In this document: positions 9,594-19,392 of the stretch, piece by piece
Numbering within the stretch: the first letter of the stretch is position 1
Layout of the letters: each line of letters opens with the position of its first letter
Origin: Alphaproteobacteria bacterium
GTDB lineage: Bacteria; Pseudomonadota; Alphaproteobacteria; UBA2966
Length of the DNA stretch: 64,000 nucleotides
Assembly (NCBI GenBank): GCA_964291395.2
Contig: OZ219856.1
Span: 1,376,001 to 1,440,000 of the forward strand
Direction: 5' to 3'
Notes under the pieces: model-generated
Told to the model about the DNA's origin: nothing
Seen by the model: the letters and a program-made list of their open reading frames with translations, nothing else
Databases searched by the model: none
Position numbers and translations under genes: made by a program

Positions 9594-11932
9594 TATCGGC
9601 GGTTCATCGAATTCTCTGCAGTTGCCGTGCCGTCGCGAAAGCGGCACTGATCGGCTCCCATTTACTGGTGTCGCTTCCCGCGATCGCTCAATCTGATACC
9701 TCGTTCGTCGTTGACGAAGTCTTCGTGCAAGGAAATCAGCGAGTCGAGGGAGACACGGTCCGATCGTACCTCGGGATCACCGTCGGAGATCGCATCGGCG
9801 CTTCGGCGATCAACGATGCTTTGAAAGCGCTCTATGCAACGGCGTTGTTTGCCGACGTCAACATTCGCAGGGAGAGTAACGCCCTCGTGGTCAGCGTGGT
9901 TGAGAACCCGATCATCAACCGGCTGGTGTTCGAGGGGAATCGCCGGATCAAGGATGAGGCCCTGGAGACCGAGGTTCAGCTTAGGCCGAGGATCGTTTAC
10001 ACGCGTTCACGCGTTCAGAGCGATGTCCAGAGAATCGTTCAGGTATATCGACGTAGCGGTCGGTTTGCCGCCACCGTCGAGCCTAAAGTCATTCAACTCC
10101 CTCAGAACCGTGTCGATCTCGTATTCGAAATCTCGGAGGGGCCGCTCACTGAAATCAGGAAGATAAACTTCATCGGCAATCGGGTTTTTCCCGACGGGCG
10201 TCTGCGATCGGTGATATCGACCAAAGAGGCCCGCTGGTACCGGTTTTTTACGTCGGCTGACAAATATGATCCGGATCGCCTGAATTTCGATCGTGAGCTT
10301 CTTCGGCGACATTATCTGGCAAATGGCTACGCGGATTTCCGCGTGATTTCCGCGGTTGCGGAACTGGCCCGAAATCGGGCCGACTTCTTCGTCACGATCA
10401 CCGTCGAGGAAGGAGAGCGCTACACCTTCGGAGATATCGACCTGTCCACCGAACTACGGGGGGTCGACCCCGAAACTCTGCGGCCATTGTTGACAACCAT
10501 TCAGGGCGAGACATACGACGCCGACAAGATCGAAGACTCTATCCAAGATCTGACGTTCGAACTCGGTCGGTTGGGCTATGCCTTTGTCGACGTGCGGCCG
10601 GAAATTGGTCGGGATCGTGAAGGCCGCCGGATATCCGTCAACTACCGCATCAACGAAGGGCCTCGTGTCTACGTCGATCGTATCGATATCGTCGGCAACG
10701 TTCGGACTCTGGATCGTGTGGTGAGGCGTGAAATGCGTCTGGCCGAAGGTGATGCATTCAACGCCGCCAAATTGCGCAGATCTCAGCAGCGAATACGTGG
10801 GTTGGGTTTCTTCCAAAAGGTCGAGGTCCAGGACGAAAAGGGTCTTCTCGACAGAAAGGCGTTGGGGGCCGCGGACGATACCTTTGCCGATGACCGGACC
10901 TCGATCACCATCGAGGTGGAGGAACAATCAACCGGAGAGCTTTCGTTCGGTGTCGGGTACTCTTCGAGCGATCAGGTCGGAGGGGAAGTCAGCATACGCG
11001 AGCGGAATCTGCTTGGGCGTGGACAGGACCTGCGCTTGGCACTGGCGATTTCCACGCGCCGTCAGGATATCGATCTCGCGTTCACCGAGCCCTATTTCCT
11101 GAACCGTGACCTGACCGCCGGATTCGACGTCTTCAATAGACAGCGGGATCTGGAAAACGCATCGTTCGACAGGGATTCCACGGGTTTTACCCTCCGCGTC
11201 GGATACCCGTTTGCCGAAAGGTTGCGGCATGCCGTCCGCTACACGTTTCGCATTGATCGCATTGAGGACGTCGACGAGGATGCATCCCGTTTCATTCAGG
11301 ATCAGAAGGGGACACGGCTCACGTCCTCAATCGGACATACCGTCCTATACGATCTGCGCGACAGCCGCTTCTTCCCAACAGAGGGCTACGTCGTCCGATT
11401 AGCCCAGGATTTGGCGGGCCTGGGTGGAGACGTTCGTTACCTCCGGCACAAACTCAATTCTGCCTACCACCGGCGTTTGTGGCGCGAATGGGTTGGAACG
11501 CTGGCGCTGGAAGGGGGGCATATCCTGGGGCTCGGTGAGCGGGTCAGTCTCTCCGACCGGTTCTTCCTCGGAGGTAATTCCTTCCGCGGGTTCGCCTTTG
11601 GCGGTGTCGGCCCCCGTGATACGCGCACGCTCGACTTTCTCGGTGGTACTGTTTATTACGTAGGTACTGCCGAGGTTTCCGCTCCGCTAGGCACTCTCCG
11701 GGAACTCGGGGTTTTCGGCAGTTTGTTCACGGAAATAGGTAGCCTTGCGGATCCGGACCTGGACTCCAAAGAGAACGTGTTTGACGTTGCTAAGCCCAGG
11801 ATTTCGTCGGGATTCGGCTTCTCATGGCGTTCGCCGTTAGGTCCTATTCGCGCGGACTTCGCGTGGGCCTGGAGAAAGGAACGGTTCGATCGCGGCGAAG
11901 TTTTCAGATTCAGCTTCGGCACTAGGTTCTAA
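9536..11932 (+). CDS. bamA: outer membrane protein assembly factor BamA (true start probably downstream of 9536)
   Basis: POTRA repeats (GNQRVE, ENPIIN, GNVRTLD), FRGF loop, WRSPLGP, C-terminal FSFGTRF. Confidence 0.95.
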   Translation: MERPRTIGSIRVRGSVFLVISAVHRILCSCRAVAKAALIGSHLLVSLPAIAQSDTSFVVDEVFVQGNQRVEGDTVRSYLGITVGDRIGASAINDALKALYATALFADVNIRRESNALVVSVVENPIINRLVFEGNRRIKDEALETEVQLRPRIVYTRSRVQSDVQRIVQVYRRSGRFAATVEPKVIQLPQNRVDLVFEISEGPLTEIRKINFIGNRVFPDGRLRSVISTKEARWYRFFTSADKYDPDRLNFDRELLRRHYLANGYADFRVISAVAELARNRADFFVTITVEEGERYTFGDIDLSTELRGVDPETLRPLLTTIQGETYDADKIEDSIQDLTFELGRLGYAFVDVRPEIGRDREGRRISVNYRINEGPRVYVDRIDIVGNVRTLDRVVRREMRLAEGDAFNAAKLRRSQQRIRGLGFFQKVEVQDEKGLLDRKALGAADDTFADDRTSITIEVEEQSTGELSFGVGYSSSDQVGGEVSIRERNLLGRGQDLRLALAISTRRQDIDLAFTEPYFLNRDLTAGFDVFNRQRDLENASFDRDSTGFTLRVGYPFAERLRHAVRYTFRIDRIEDVDEDASRFIQDQKGTRLTSSIGHTVLYDLRDSRFFPTEGYVVRLAQDLAGLGGDVRYLRHKLNSAYHRRLWREWVGTLALEGGHILGLGERVSLSDRFFLGGNSFRGFAFGGVGPRDTRTLDFLGGTVYYVGTAEVSAPLGTLRELGVFGSLFTEIGSLADPDLDSKENVFDVAKPRISSGFGFSWRSPLGPIRADFAWAWRKERFDRGEVFRFSFGTRF

Positions 11933-11938
11933 GTGGAA

Positions 11939-12502
11939 ATGCATCGGAAAGTCGTTTTAGCGCTGGCGAAGTGCATGTTTGTCCTTTGGGTTGGGCTTCC
12001 TGGTGTCTTGGCGGCGCAGGGCCTCCCAGGAACGGTGGCCGCCGTGATCGATTTTCAACAGCTCGAACGGGATGCGCTTGCCGCGAAGAATATTCGCGCT
12101 CAGGTCGAGACCTATCGTTCGCAGTATGCGGCTATCATCAGCCAGGAAGAGGAGCAACTCCGCCAACAGGAGCAGGAACTCAAGCGGCAGCGTGCCATCC
12201 TGTCTCCCGAGGCATTCGCACAGCGCCGAAGGGAGTTCGAAGACAACGTCGCGAGCCTCCAGCGTCAGGTACAGAACCGCACGAGACGTCTCGAGCGCAG
12301 CATCGAGACCGCGTTGGCTACGGTAAACAAGGTTCTCGGTCCAATCATCAAGGACCTCTCTGCTGAGTTTGGCTTCACCCTCGTTCTCGACAAGCGTCAA
12401 GTGCGTTATGTGGACGATCGGTTCGACATCACGCCGATCGTATTGCAACGCTTGGACGAGCGATTGCCCCAGGTCACGGTTCCACCGCCTGAAGGCGAAT
12501 AA
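11939..12502 (+). CDS. skp: OmpH/Skp family periplasmic chaperone
   Basis: Signal peptide, AVIDFQ, coiled coil, LVLDK...DIT..VL.RLD; lies between bamA and lpxD. Confidence 0.88.
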   Translation: MHRKVVLALAKCMFVLWVGLPGVLAAQGLPGTVAAVIDFQQLERDALAAKNIRAQVETYRSQYAAIISQEEEQLRQQEQELKRQRAILSPEAFAQRRREFEDNVASLQRQVQNRTRRLERSIETALATVNKVLGPIIKDLSAEFGFTLVLDKRQVRYVDDRFDITPIVLQRLDERLPQVTVPPPEGE

Positions 12503-13536
12503 TGGCCGATCCGCGTTTTTACTCGTCCAGCGGACCGTTCTCACTCAAAGCTCTCGCCGAATTGAGCGGAGCCAAGCTCAACACCGGTGCCGACTCAGGT
12601 GTGATGATCCGGGATGTGGCTCCTCTGGAACGCGCCCGTCCTGAAGAGCTTTCGTTCTTGGACAATGTCAAATACTTGCAATCCTTTCAGGATAGTGAGG
12701 CAGGCGCATGCATCGTGCGGTCACGGCACGTAGATCGTGCCCCGCATGGCATGGCGCTTCTGATTTCGGAAAATCCTTACAGAGCCTATGCCTTGGTGGC
12801 GCAGGCTTTTTATCCTGTGCTCCCGTCGTCCGGTCGGATTTCGTCGTCGGCGAATGTCGCGCAAACCGCCGAGATCGGGACTGGAAGCGAGATTTCGCCG
12901 GGTGCCGTGGTCGGTGAGTATGTGCGGATCGGTGCGAACTGCCGCGTCGATGCGAATGCCGTTGTCGGCCCGGGAGTGGAGATCGGCGATGCGACTGTCA
13001 TTGGTGCGAGCGTTTCCCTCAGCCACAGCATCATCGGCGCTCGCGTGACCATTCATCCGGGGGCGCGGATCGGCCAGGATGGATTTGGTTTAGCGATTGA
13101 TCCGGCGGGACACGTCAAAGTGCCGCAACTGGGCCGGGTCCTCATTCATGATGATGTGGAAATCGGTGCAAACACGACGATTGATCGGGGAAGCGGTCCG
13201 GATACGGAGATTGGGGCGGGATGTTGGATAGACAATCTCGTTCAGATCGCCCACAACGTCACGCTCGGAGAAGGGTGCGTGATCGTCGCGCAGGCGGGGG
13301 TCTCTGGAAGTACGAAATTGGAGCGTCAGGTGATGGCTGGGGGTCAGTCAGGTTTCGCTGGACATCTGACCATTGGTGCCGGCGCGCGCGTGGCGGCGAA
13401 GTGCGGCGTCATACAGGACGTGCCTGCGGGCGCAACGATCGGTGGCACACCTGCGCAACCGATTCGGGACTGGCATCGCCAGACCGTGCTGTTGCGGCGC
13501 ATGGTTCGGGAAAAGGGAAAACGGAGTGATGGCTGA
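12502..13536 (+). CDS. lpxD: UDP-3-O-acyl-glucosamine N-acyltransferase
   Basis: MADPRF start, hexapeptide repeats, [18 protein letters not shown]. Confidence 0.97.
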   Translation: MADPRFYSSSGPFSLKALAELSGAKLNTGADSGVMIRDVAPLERARPEELSFLDNVKYLQSFQDSEAGACIVRSRHVDRAPHGMALLISENPYRAYALVAQAFYPVLPSSGRISSSANVAQTAEIGTGSEISPGAVVGEYVRIGANCRVDANAVVGPGVEIGDATVIGASVSLSHSIIGARVTIHPGARIGQDGFGLAIDPAGHVKVPQLGRVLIHDDVEIGANTTIDRGSGPDTEIGAGCWIDNLVQIAHNVTLGEGCVIVAQAGVSGSTKLERQVMAGGQSGFAGHLTIGAGARVAAKCGVIQDVPAGATIGGTPAQPIRDWHRQTVLLRRMVREKGKRSDG

Positions 13537-14008
13537 GGGCGGCATGGCAGCGAAGGAACTGGGTGTGGCGGAAATTCTCCGAGTCATGGAGATGATCCCG
13601 CACCGGTTTCCCATGCTCATGGTGGACAAGGTTATCGACATGGTGCCTGACCAGTCCGCGATCGGAATCAAGAACATCACTATCAATGAGCCACATTTTC
13701 AGGGACATTTCCCCCAGCGTCCCGTCATGCCGGGCGTCATGATCGTTGAGGCAATGGCACAAACGGCGGCGGTTCTCGTGGTTCACACATTGGGGGGAGG
13801 CGCCGAAGGGAAACTCGTCTACTTCATGGCGATAGAAAACGCTCGCTTCAGGAAACCCGTTGGTCCGGGCGATACCATGCGCATTCACGTAACGAAACGG
13901 CAGAGCCGCGGCAACGTGTGGAAATTCTCCGCCGAGGCGAGGGTCGATGACGCCATTGTCGCCGAGGCGACTTACACCGCCATGATCATGAACGATCAGG
14001 ACGACTGA
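13529..14008 (+). CDS. fabZ: 3-hydroxyacyl-ACP dehydratase
   Basis: [29 protein letters not shown]. Confidence 0.97.
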   Translation: MAEGGMAAKELGVAEILRVMEMIPHRFPMLMVDKVIDMVPDQSAIGIKNITINEPHFQGHFPQRPVMPGVMIVEAMAQTAAVLVVHTLGGGAEGKLVYFMAIENARFRKPVGPGDTMRIHVTKRQSRGNVWKFSAEARVDDAIVAEATYTAMIMNDQDD

Positions 14009-14811
14009 TGGCTGCTCGAATACACGAAACGGCCATCGTGGAGGACGGAGCGAGACTCGGTGAGGACGTTGTTGTCGGGGCGTATTCATGTGTCGGTCCC
14101 GATGTCGAATTGGGCGACGGTGTTGAAATCAAATCCCATGTCGTCGTGGCCGGCTCGACCCGCGTCGGTCAGGGCTGCCGGATGTTCCCCTTCGCCTCAA
14201 TCGGTCAACAGCCGCAAGATCTGAAATATCGCGGAGAGCCGTCACGTCTCGAAATCGGCGAGAACAACACAATCCGTGAGTACGTCACCATGAACCCGGG
14301 TACCAAGGGCGGCGGCATGGTTACCCGTGTGGGAAACGGTTGCGCGTTCATGGTGGGAGCACACGTTGCCCACGACTGTATTATCGGTGATAGCGTGATA
14401 ATGGCGAATTACGCTTCTCTCGGGGGGCACGTCTGCGTGGGCGATCATGCGATCATCGGCGGACTCGCGGCCGTTCATCAGTTCGTCCGGATCGGTCCAC
14501 ATGCCATGATCGGCGGTATGTCGGGTGTCGAAAACGACGTCATACCCTATGGCTCGGTCATGGGTGATCGTGCGGCGCTTTGCGGTTTGAATATCATTGG
14601 GCTGAAGCGCCGAGGATTCTCGCGAGCCAGCATACGAAGCATGCGGGACGCATACCGCCAACTGTTCGAGCCCCAAGGGACTCTCAAGCAACGCGTGGCG
14701 CACGTGGGGACTGCTTTCGCCGAAACACCGGAAGTCATCGACATCGTGAACTTTTTGGCCGGTGAATCGATTCGATCATTCTGTTTGCCGCGGGAGAATC
14801 GTGGCTCCTAA
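14008..14811 (+). CDS. lpxA: UDP-N-acetylglucosamine O-acyltransferase
   Basis: PQDLKY, HVAHDC, VHQFVRIG, GLNIIGLKRRG. Confidence 0.97.
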   Translation: MAARIHETAIVEDGARLGEDVVVGAYSCVGPDVELGDGVEIKSHVVVAGSTRVGQGCRMFPFASIGQQPQDLKYRGEPSRLEIGENNTIREYVTMNPGTKGGGMVTRVGNGCAFMVGAHVAHDCIIGDSVIMANYASLGGHVCVGDHAIIGGLAAVHQFVRIGPHAMIGGMSGVENDVIPYGSVMGDRAALCGLNIIGLKRRGFSRASIRSMRDAYRQLFEPQGTLKQRVAHVGTAFAETPEVIDIVNFLAGESIRSFCLPRENRGS

Positions 14812-15631
14812 GCTGGGCATCCTGGCCGGAGGCGGTGAACTTCCGATCAGGCTGGTAGAGGTTTGCCGTGCAACGGGTCGGGATGTCTTCGCCGTCGCGT
14901 TCAACGGCGAATCAAACCCTGACGCCGTGAAGGACGTACCTCACGTATGGCTCGATCTCGGCGCCGTCGGAGGCGTGATACAAGCGTTGAAAGAAGCGGA
15001 TTGTCGAGACGTTGTCCTGGCAGGGCCGATCCGGCGACCCAAGCTGACATCGTTGCGGCTCGACGGGCGTGGCGCAATGATGCTGCCGAAACTTCTCCGC
15101 GCGCGCGGCGATGATGCTTTGCTCACTGTCGTGATCAACGAGCTTGAAGGCGAGGGGTTCAATGTGATTGCGGTCGACGACGTGTTTTCCGATCTCTTGG
15201 CGGCGGAGGGCACCCTTGGTGCCCGTCAGCCAGATGACGGTGAATGGGAAGATGTCGTGCGTGGCATCGAAGTGGTTCAAGCCATTGGCGCAATCGATGT
15301 TGGTCAAGCCGCCGTCGTTCACAATGGATACGTTCTCGGTGTCGAGGCGGCCGAAGGAACCGATGCCTTGATCGATCGGACGGCTTCCCTCAGGTGCGAT
15401 GACCGGGGAGGCGTTCTCGTCAAGCTGAAAAAGCCGAGTCAGGATCGGCGCGCCGACCTGCCCGCTATCGGAGTTGGGACGATCGAACGCGCCTCGGCAG
15501 CAGGACTTGCGGGAATCGCGGTGGAGGCGGGTGAAACGATTATTCTGAGCCGTGGTGAGGTGATCGAAGGCGCGGATGCCGCCGAACTATTCTTGGTCGG
15601 GGTCGTTGTAACGGGTGCGGGTAGCGAATAG
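14801..15631 (+). CDS. lpxI: UDP-2,3-diacylglucosamine diphosphatase LpxI
   Basis: LGILAGGGELP, DVGQA, EAAEGTD, QDRRADLPAIG. Confidence 0.93.
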   Translation: MAPKLGILAGGGELPIRLVEVCRATGRDVFAVAFNGESNPDAVKDVPHVWLDLGAVGGVIQALKEADCRDVVLAGPIRRPKLTSLRLDGRGAMMLPKLLRARGDDALLTVVINELEGEGFNVIAVDDVFSDLLAAEGTLGARQPDDGEWEDVVRGIEVVQAIGAIDVGQAAVVHNGYVLGVEAAEGTDALIDRTASLRCDDRGGVLVKLKKPSQDRRADLPAIGVGTIERASAAGLAGIAVEAGETIILSRGEVIEGADAAELFLVGVVVTGAGSE

Positions 15632-15737
15632 AACTTCTATGGGCCATGCACTGCGGTGGTTCGCCGAACTTCCATAGAATCGAGACCGTCCGGCGCGAGA
15701 AACTTGGGAAATGGCAATGGGGAAAGGTTTAGCAACG

Positions 15738-16136
15738 ATGTCAGATAATTTTCGGCTGATGCACACCATGATCCGGGTCAAGGATCAGGACAAGGCAATC
15801 GATTTCTACACCCGCCTGCTTGGCATGAAGGTGCTTCGCCAGAGCGACAACGAAGTCGGCAAATACACGAACACGTTTCTCGGCTACGGAGACGAGGATA
15901 CCAGTACGGTTCTCGAACTGACGTACAACTGGGGCCAAGAGGAGCCCTATGAGCTGGGGCGGGCTTACGGCCATGTGGCTGTTGGCGTCCCCGACGTCGC
16001 CGCGACTTGCGAAGCCCTCGAGCAGGAAGGTGTGCCCGTCCCTAGACCGGCAGGACCTGTCAAGGGCGGGACGACCGTTATCGCCTTTATCAAGGATCCG
16101 GACGGGCGCTCGGTGGAGTTGATCCAGACGGGTTAG
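15738..16136 (+). CDS. gloA: lactoylglutathione lyase (glyoxalase I)
   Basis: LMHTMIRV, LELTYNWG, YGHVAVGV, FIKDPDG..VEL. Confidence 0.93.
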   Translation: MSDNFRLMHTMIRVKDQDKAIDFYTRLLGMKVLRQSDNEVGKYTNTFLGYGDEDTSTVLELTYNWGQEEPYELGRAYGHVAVGVPDVAATCEALEQEGVPVPRPAGPVKGGTTVIAFIKDPDGRSVELIQTG

Positions 16137-16150
16137 GCTGGTCGCCGATC

Positions 16151-16276
16151 GGCCATGGCGGTTCAAATTGGGTTTGAACCGCCGCAGGGCCGTGACGCGA
16201 CCTGCCGGATGTCCGGCGGGCCCGTGCGGGCGGCAAGGAATGCTGGAGCGGTTCCAGTCAAGCTGGAACCGTTAGG
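16151..16276 (+). repeat. double-hairpin interspersed repeat, copy 1 (most complete)
   Basis: Hairpin A GGCGGTTCAAA-TTGGG-TTTGAACCGCC (16157-16183) and AAGGAATGCTGGAG plus hairpin B CGGTTCCAG-TCAAG-CTGGAACCG (16249-16271). Confidence 0.85.
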
Positions 16277-16452
16277 TCAGCAACCAGAAGAGTGTTGCTC
16301 CGACGGCCGCGATCACGGACAAAAGCACGCTGAAACGCCGCGGGTGCCGACGATTGTCATTGGCGGCCCCACCGATCGTCATGCGGCAGTGCCGAGGCGC
16401 GCTTTCGGCGCCCGATAATTCCCCCGCTCCGTTTTGGGGCTGCGGTTCCAAA

Positions 16453-17772
16453 TCAGGATCGCTGATCGGGGGGGACGTAATCCCGCTCCGTCGGTCCCGT
16501 GTACAGTTGACGTGGTCGGCCGATTCTTTGATCGGGATCCTCGATCATCTCTTGCCACTGGGCAATCCACCCTACCGTCCGCGCCAGTGCAAACAATACC
16601 GTGAACATCGACACCGGAATGCCCATGGCCCGAAAAATGATGCCCGAGTAGAAATCGACATTCGGGAACAGTTTCCTTTCCACGAAGTACTCGTCTTCGA
16701 GCGCGATGCGTTCGAGTTCGATAGCAAGTTCCAGCAAGGGTTCGTTCCTGACGCCAAGCTCCCCGAGGACGGCGTAGGCGCTCTCCCGAAGAACCGAGGC
16801 GCGCGGATCGTAATTCTTGTATACCCGGTGGCCGAAACCCATAAGGCGGAATGGATCGTCGCGGTCTTTGGCCCGATCGATGAACTCCGGAATCTTCTCG
16901 ACCGAGCCGATTTCATCAAGCATCTCGAGAACGGCTTCGTTGGCGCCACCGTGGGCTGGTCCCCATAGACAGGCGATGCCGGCGGCGACACAGGCGAACG
17001 GGTTGGCGCCGGAGGATCCCGCTAGGCGTACGGTCGACGTCGAGGCATTTTGCTCGTGGTCGGCATGCAGTATGAAAATCCGGTCTATTGCCTTGGCCAG
17101 AACCGGACTCACGTGATAGTCCTCGGTCGGCACGCTGAACATCATGTGGAGAAAGTTTTCTGGATAGGTCAACGCGTTTCGGGGGTACATGAACGGCTGG
17201 CCGATTGAATACTTGTACGCCATGGCCGCGATCGTGGGCATCTTGGCGATCAAACGGTAGGACGCAACCATGCGGTGTTGCGGGTCGTTGATGTCGAGAC
17301 TGTCGTGGTAAAACGCGCTCAGGGCGCCGACGACCCCCACCATGATCGCCATCGGATGGGCGTCCCGCCGGAATCCGCTGAACAGCCTGATCAGTTGATC
17401 GTGAATCATGCTGTGGTGCTTGAGATCGCTCTCGAAATCGGAGAGCTCTGTGGCGTTGGGCAGTTCCCCATTCAACAGGAGGAACGCGACTTCGGTGAAC
17501 GTGCTGTTCTCTGCGAGCTGTTGAATGGGGTACCCGCGGTGAAGCAGGACTCCTTTCTCGCCGTCGATGTAGGTGAGTTCCGATGAGCAGCTAGCCGTTG
17601 CGACGAATCCGGGATCGTAGGTAAAGCAACCGAGGTCGGAGTAGAGCCTGCGGATGTCAATGACATCCGGTCCGATCGTGCCTTTGATGCGCGGGAGGTC
17701 AAGCGAGGCCGTATCGCCGGAAGTCAGCAGGAAATCGTCGTCATTCGTCGGGCTCTCAGATTTCTGAGCCAT
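16453..17772 (-). CDS. gltA: citrate synthase (type II)
   Basis: [45 protein letters not shown]. Confidence 0.98.
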   Translation of the reverse strand: MAQKSESPTNDDDFLLTSGDTASLDLPRIKGTIGPDVIDIRRLYSDLGCFTYDPGFVATASCSSELTYIDGEKGVLLHRGYPIQQLAENSTFTEVAFLLLNGELPNATELSDFESDLKHHSMIHDQLIRLFSGFRRDAHPMAIMVGVVGALSAFYHDSLDINDPQHRMVASYRLIAKMPTIAAMAYKYSIGQPFMYPRNALTYPENFLHMMFSVPTEDYHVSPVLAKAIDRIFILHADHEQNASTSTVRLAGSSGANPFACVAAGIACLWGPAHGGANEAVLEMLDEIGSVEKIPEFIDRAKDRDDPFRLMGFGHRVYKNYDPRASVLRESAYAVLGELGVRNEPLLELAIELERIALEDEYFVERKLFPNVDFYSGIIFRAMGIPVSMFTVLFALARTVGWIAQWQEMIEDPDQRIGRPRQLYTGPTERDYVPPDQRS

Positions 17773-17833
17773 ACGGTGTCCTTCCTGAGATGGAGTTCGT
17801 TCGGCAAACCACTCGGCGGGTTTGGTCGCCTGG

Positions 17834-17862
17834 ATTATACGATGAGATCGGGGAGCGTGAAA
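17834..17862 (-). promoter_or_regulatory. putative sigma70 promoter of gltA
   Basis: Minus strand TTTCAC (17862-17857), 17 bp spacer, TATAAT (17839-17834). Confidence 0.6.
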
Positions 17863-17876
17863 CCTGGATGCCGTGC

Positions 17877-19280
17877 CTACGCTTTTACCGCATCGCTCAT
17901 GCGCCCCAAGCTTTCCTCTCTGCCCAGTATGGTCAAAACTTCGAATATTCCGGGAGATATGGTTCTTCCCGTTAAACCGGCTCTCAAGGGTTGGGCCACC
18001 GAGCCAAGTTTGATCTCGTTCTCGGCGACGTAACCTCGAATCGCGGTCTCGACCGTGGATTGGTTCCAGTCCTTGAGCGTCTCCAGAACCTCGGCGAGGT
18101 CGCGCAGCAGCGACTTGGCATCAAGGGTCAACAATTCCGCTGCCTTTTCATCCATTTCAATGGGTCTATCATGGATAATAAATAGGGAATTTTCAATTAG
18201 TTCCGATATCAACTTAGATCTAGGCTTCAATTCTGGCATCGCTGCCTTCAGACGTTCCAGATCCCGATCCTTCAGGTCACGGCCACGGCGTTCCGCCAGA
18301 CGTTCACGAATCATTTCGACTAGGCGATCATCCTGAGCCCGCTGGATGTAGTGCGCATTCACGCTTTGCAGCCTGTCGACGTCGAACCGGGCCGCACCGC
18401 GGCCGAGGTGATTCAGGTCGAACCACTCAACCGCTTGTTCTGTCGTGAAGAGCTCGTCGTCTCCGTGACTCCAGCCCAGACGGACCAGATAGTTCCGCAA
18501 CGCTTCCGGCAGGTATCCATCTTTCCGATACGCCTCGACGCCCACGGCGCCGTGGCGTTTGGACAACTTTGCGCCGTCGGCCCCGTGGATCAGTGGGACA
18601 TGAGCAAACTCGGGAACCGTCCAGCCCAGCGCCTGGAACAGAATCGTTTGCCTCGCCGCGTTGTTCAGATGGTCGTCACCACGAATGACGTGCGTCACCC
18701 CCATGTCGTGATCATCCGCGACCACGGACAACATGTAAGTAGGTGTTCCATCGCTCCTCAACAGAACCATGTCGTCGAGCTGTTGGTTGGCGAAGGTGAC
18801 TGTGCCCTGGACATGGTCCTTGATGACGGTCTCGCCTGAGAGGGGCGACTTTATCCGGACGGTAGGGGATACGTGCGTTGGTGCCTCGGAGGGATCACGG
18901 TCGCGCCAGCGGCCGTCATAGAGAACCGGACTTCCCCGCTCTCTTGCGGCGTCTCGCATTTCCGCCAGCTCTTCGGGCGTACAGTAGCAGTGGTAAGCCT
19001 TGCCCTCCCTAAGAAGTCGCTGCGCGACCTCCGCGTGACGTTCCATGCGCTCCGATTGGCGCACGATTTCGTCATCCCAGTCGAGGTTAAGCCACGTGAG
19101 GCCGTCGACAATCGCCGAAACCGCCTCCTCCGTAGAGCGTTTGCGGTCGGTGTCCTCCAGCCTGAGGAGAAACTTGCCACCGTGGTGTCGAGCGTACAGC
19201 CAATTGAACAGAGCCGTTCTGGCGCTCCCAACGTGCAGGAGTCCTGTCGGTGATGGCGCAAATCGTGTGACGACGGTCAT
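17877..19280 (-). CDS. gltX: glutamate--tRNA ligase
   Basis: [26 protein letters not shown]. Confidence 0.98.
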   Translation of the reverse strand: MTVVTRFAPSPTGLLHVGSARTALFNWLYARHHGGKFLLRLEDTDRKRSTEEAVSAIVDGLTWLNLDWDDEIVRQSERMERHAEVAQRLLREGKAYHCYCTPEELAEMRDAARERGSPVLYDGRWRDRDPSEAPTHVSPTVRIKSPLSGETVIKDHVQGTVTFANQQLDDMVLLRSDGTPTYMLSVVADDHDMGVTHVIRGDDHLNNAARQTILFQALGWTVPEFAHVPLIHGADGAKLSKRHGAVGVEAYRKDGYLPEALRNYLVRLGWSHGDDELFTTEQAVEWFDLNHLGRGAARFDVDRLQSVNAHYIQRAQDDRLVEMIRERLAERRGRDLKDRDLERLKAAMPELKPRSKLISELIENSLFIIHDRPIEMDEKAAELLTLDAKSLLRDLAEVLETLKDWNQSTVETAIRGYVAENEIKLGSVAQPLRAGLTGRTISPGIFEVLTILGREESLGRMSDAVKA

Positions 19281-19392
19281 CGGACGGTGCTGGTCACGGT
19301 ACCTGCCGCTGGAAGGTAATGATGTCTAACACATCCGTGAAGGCGGTTCGACGCGAGGAGAATACATCTGAACCTTCCATACTCCACGGGCG

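Noticed and set aside
16442-16453. GCGGTTCCAAAT next to the gltA stop as another repeat arm
   Set aside because: The same 12-mer occurs inside ppiD coding sequence (~28923), so such short matches arise by chance.
18160-18200. dif site within the AT-rich gltX patch
   Set aside because: No TTATG-containing XerD arm on either strand.
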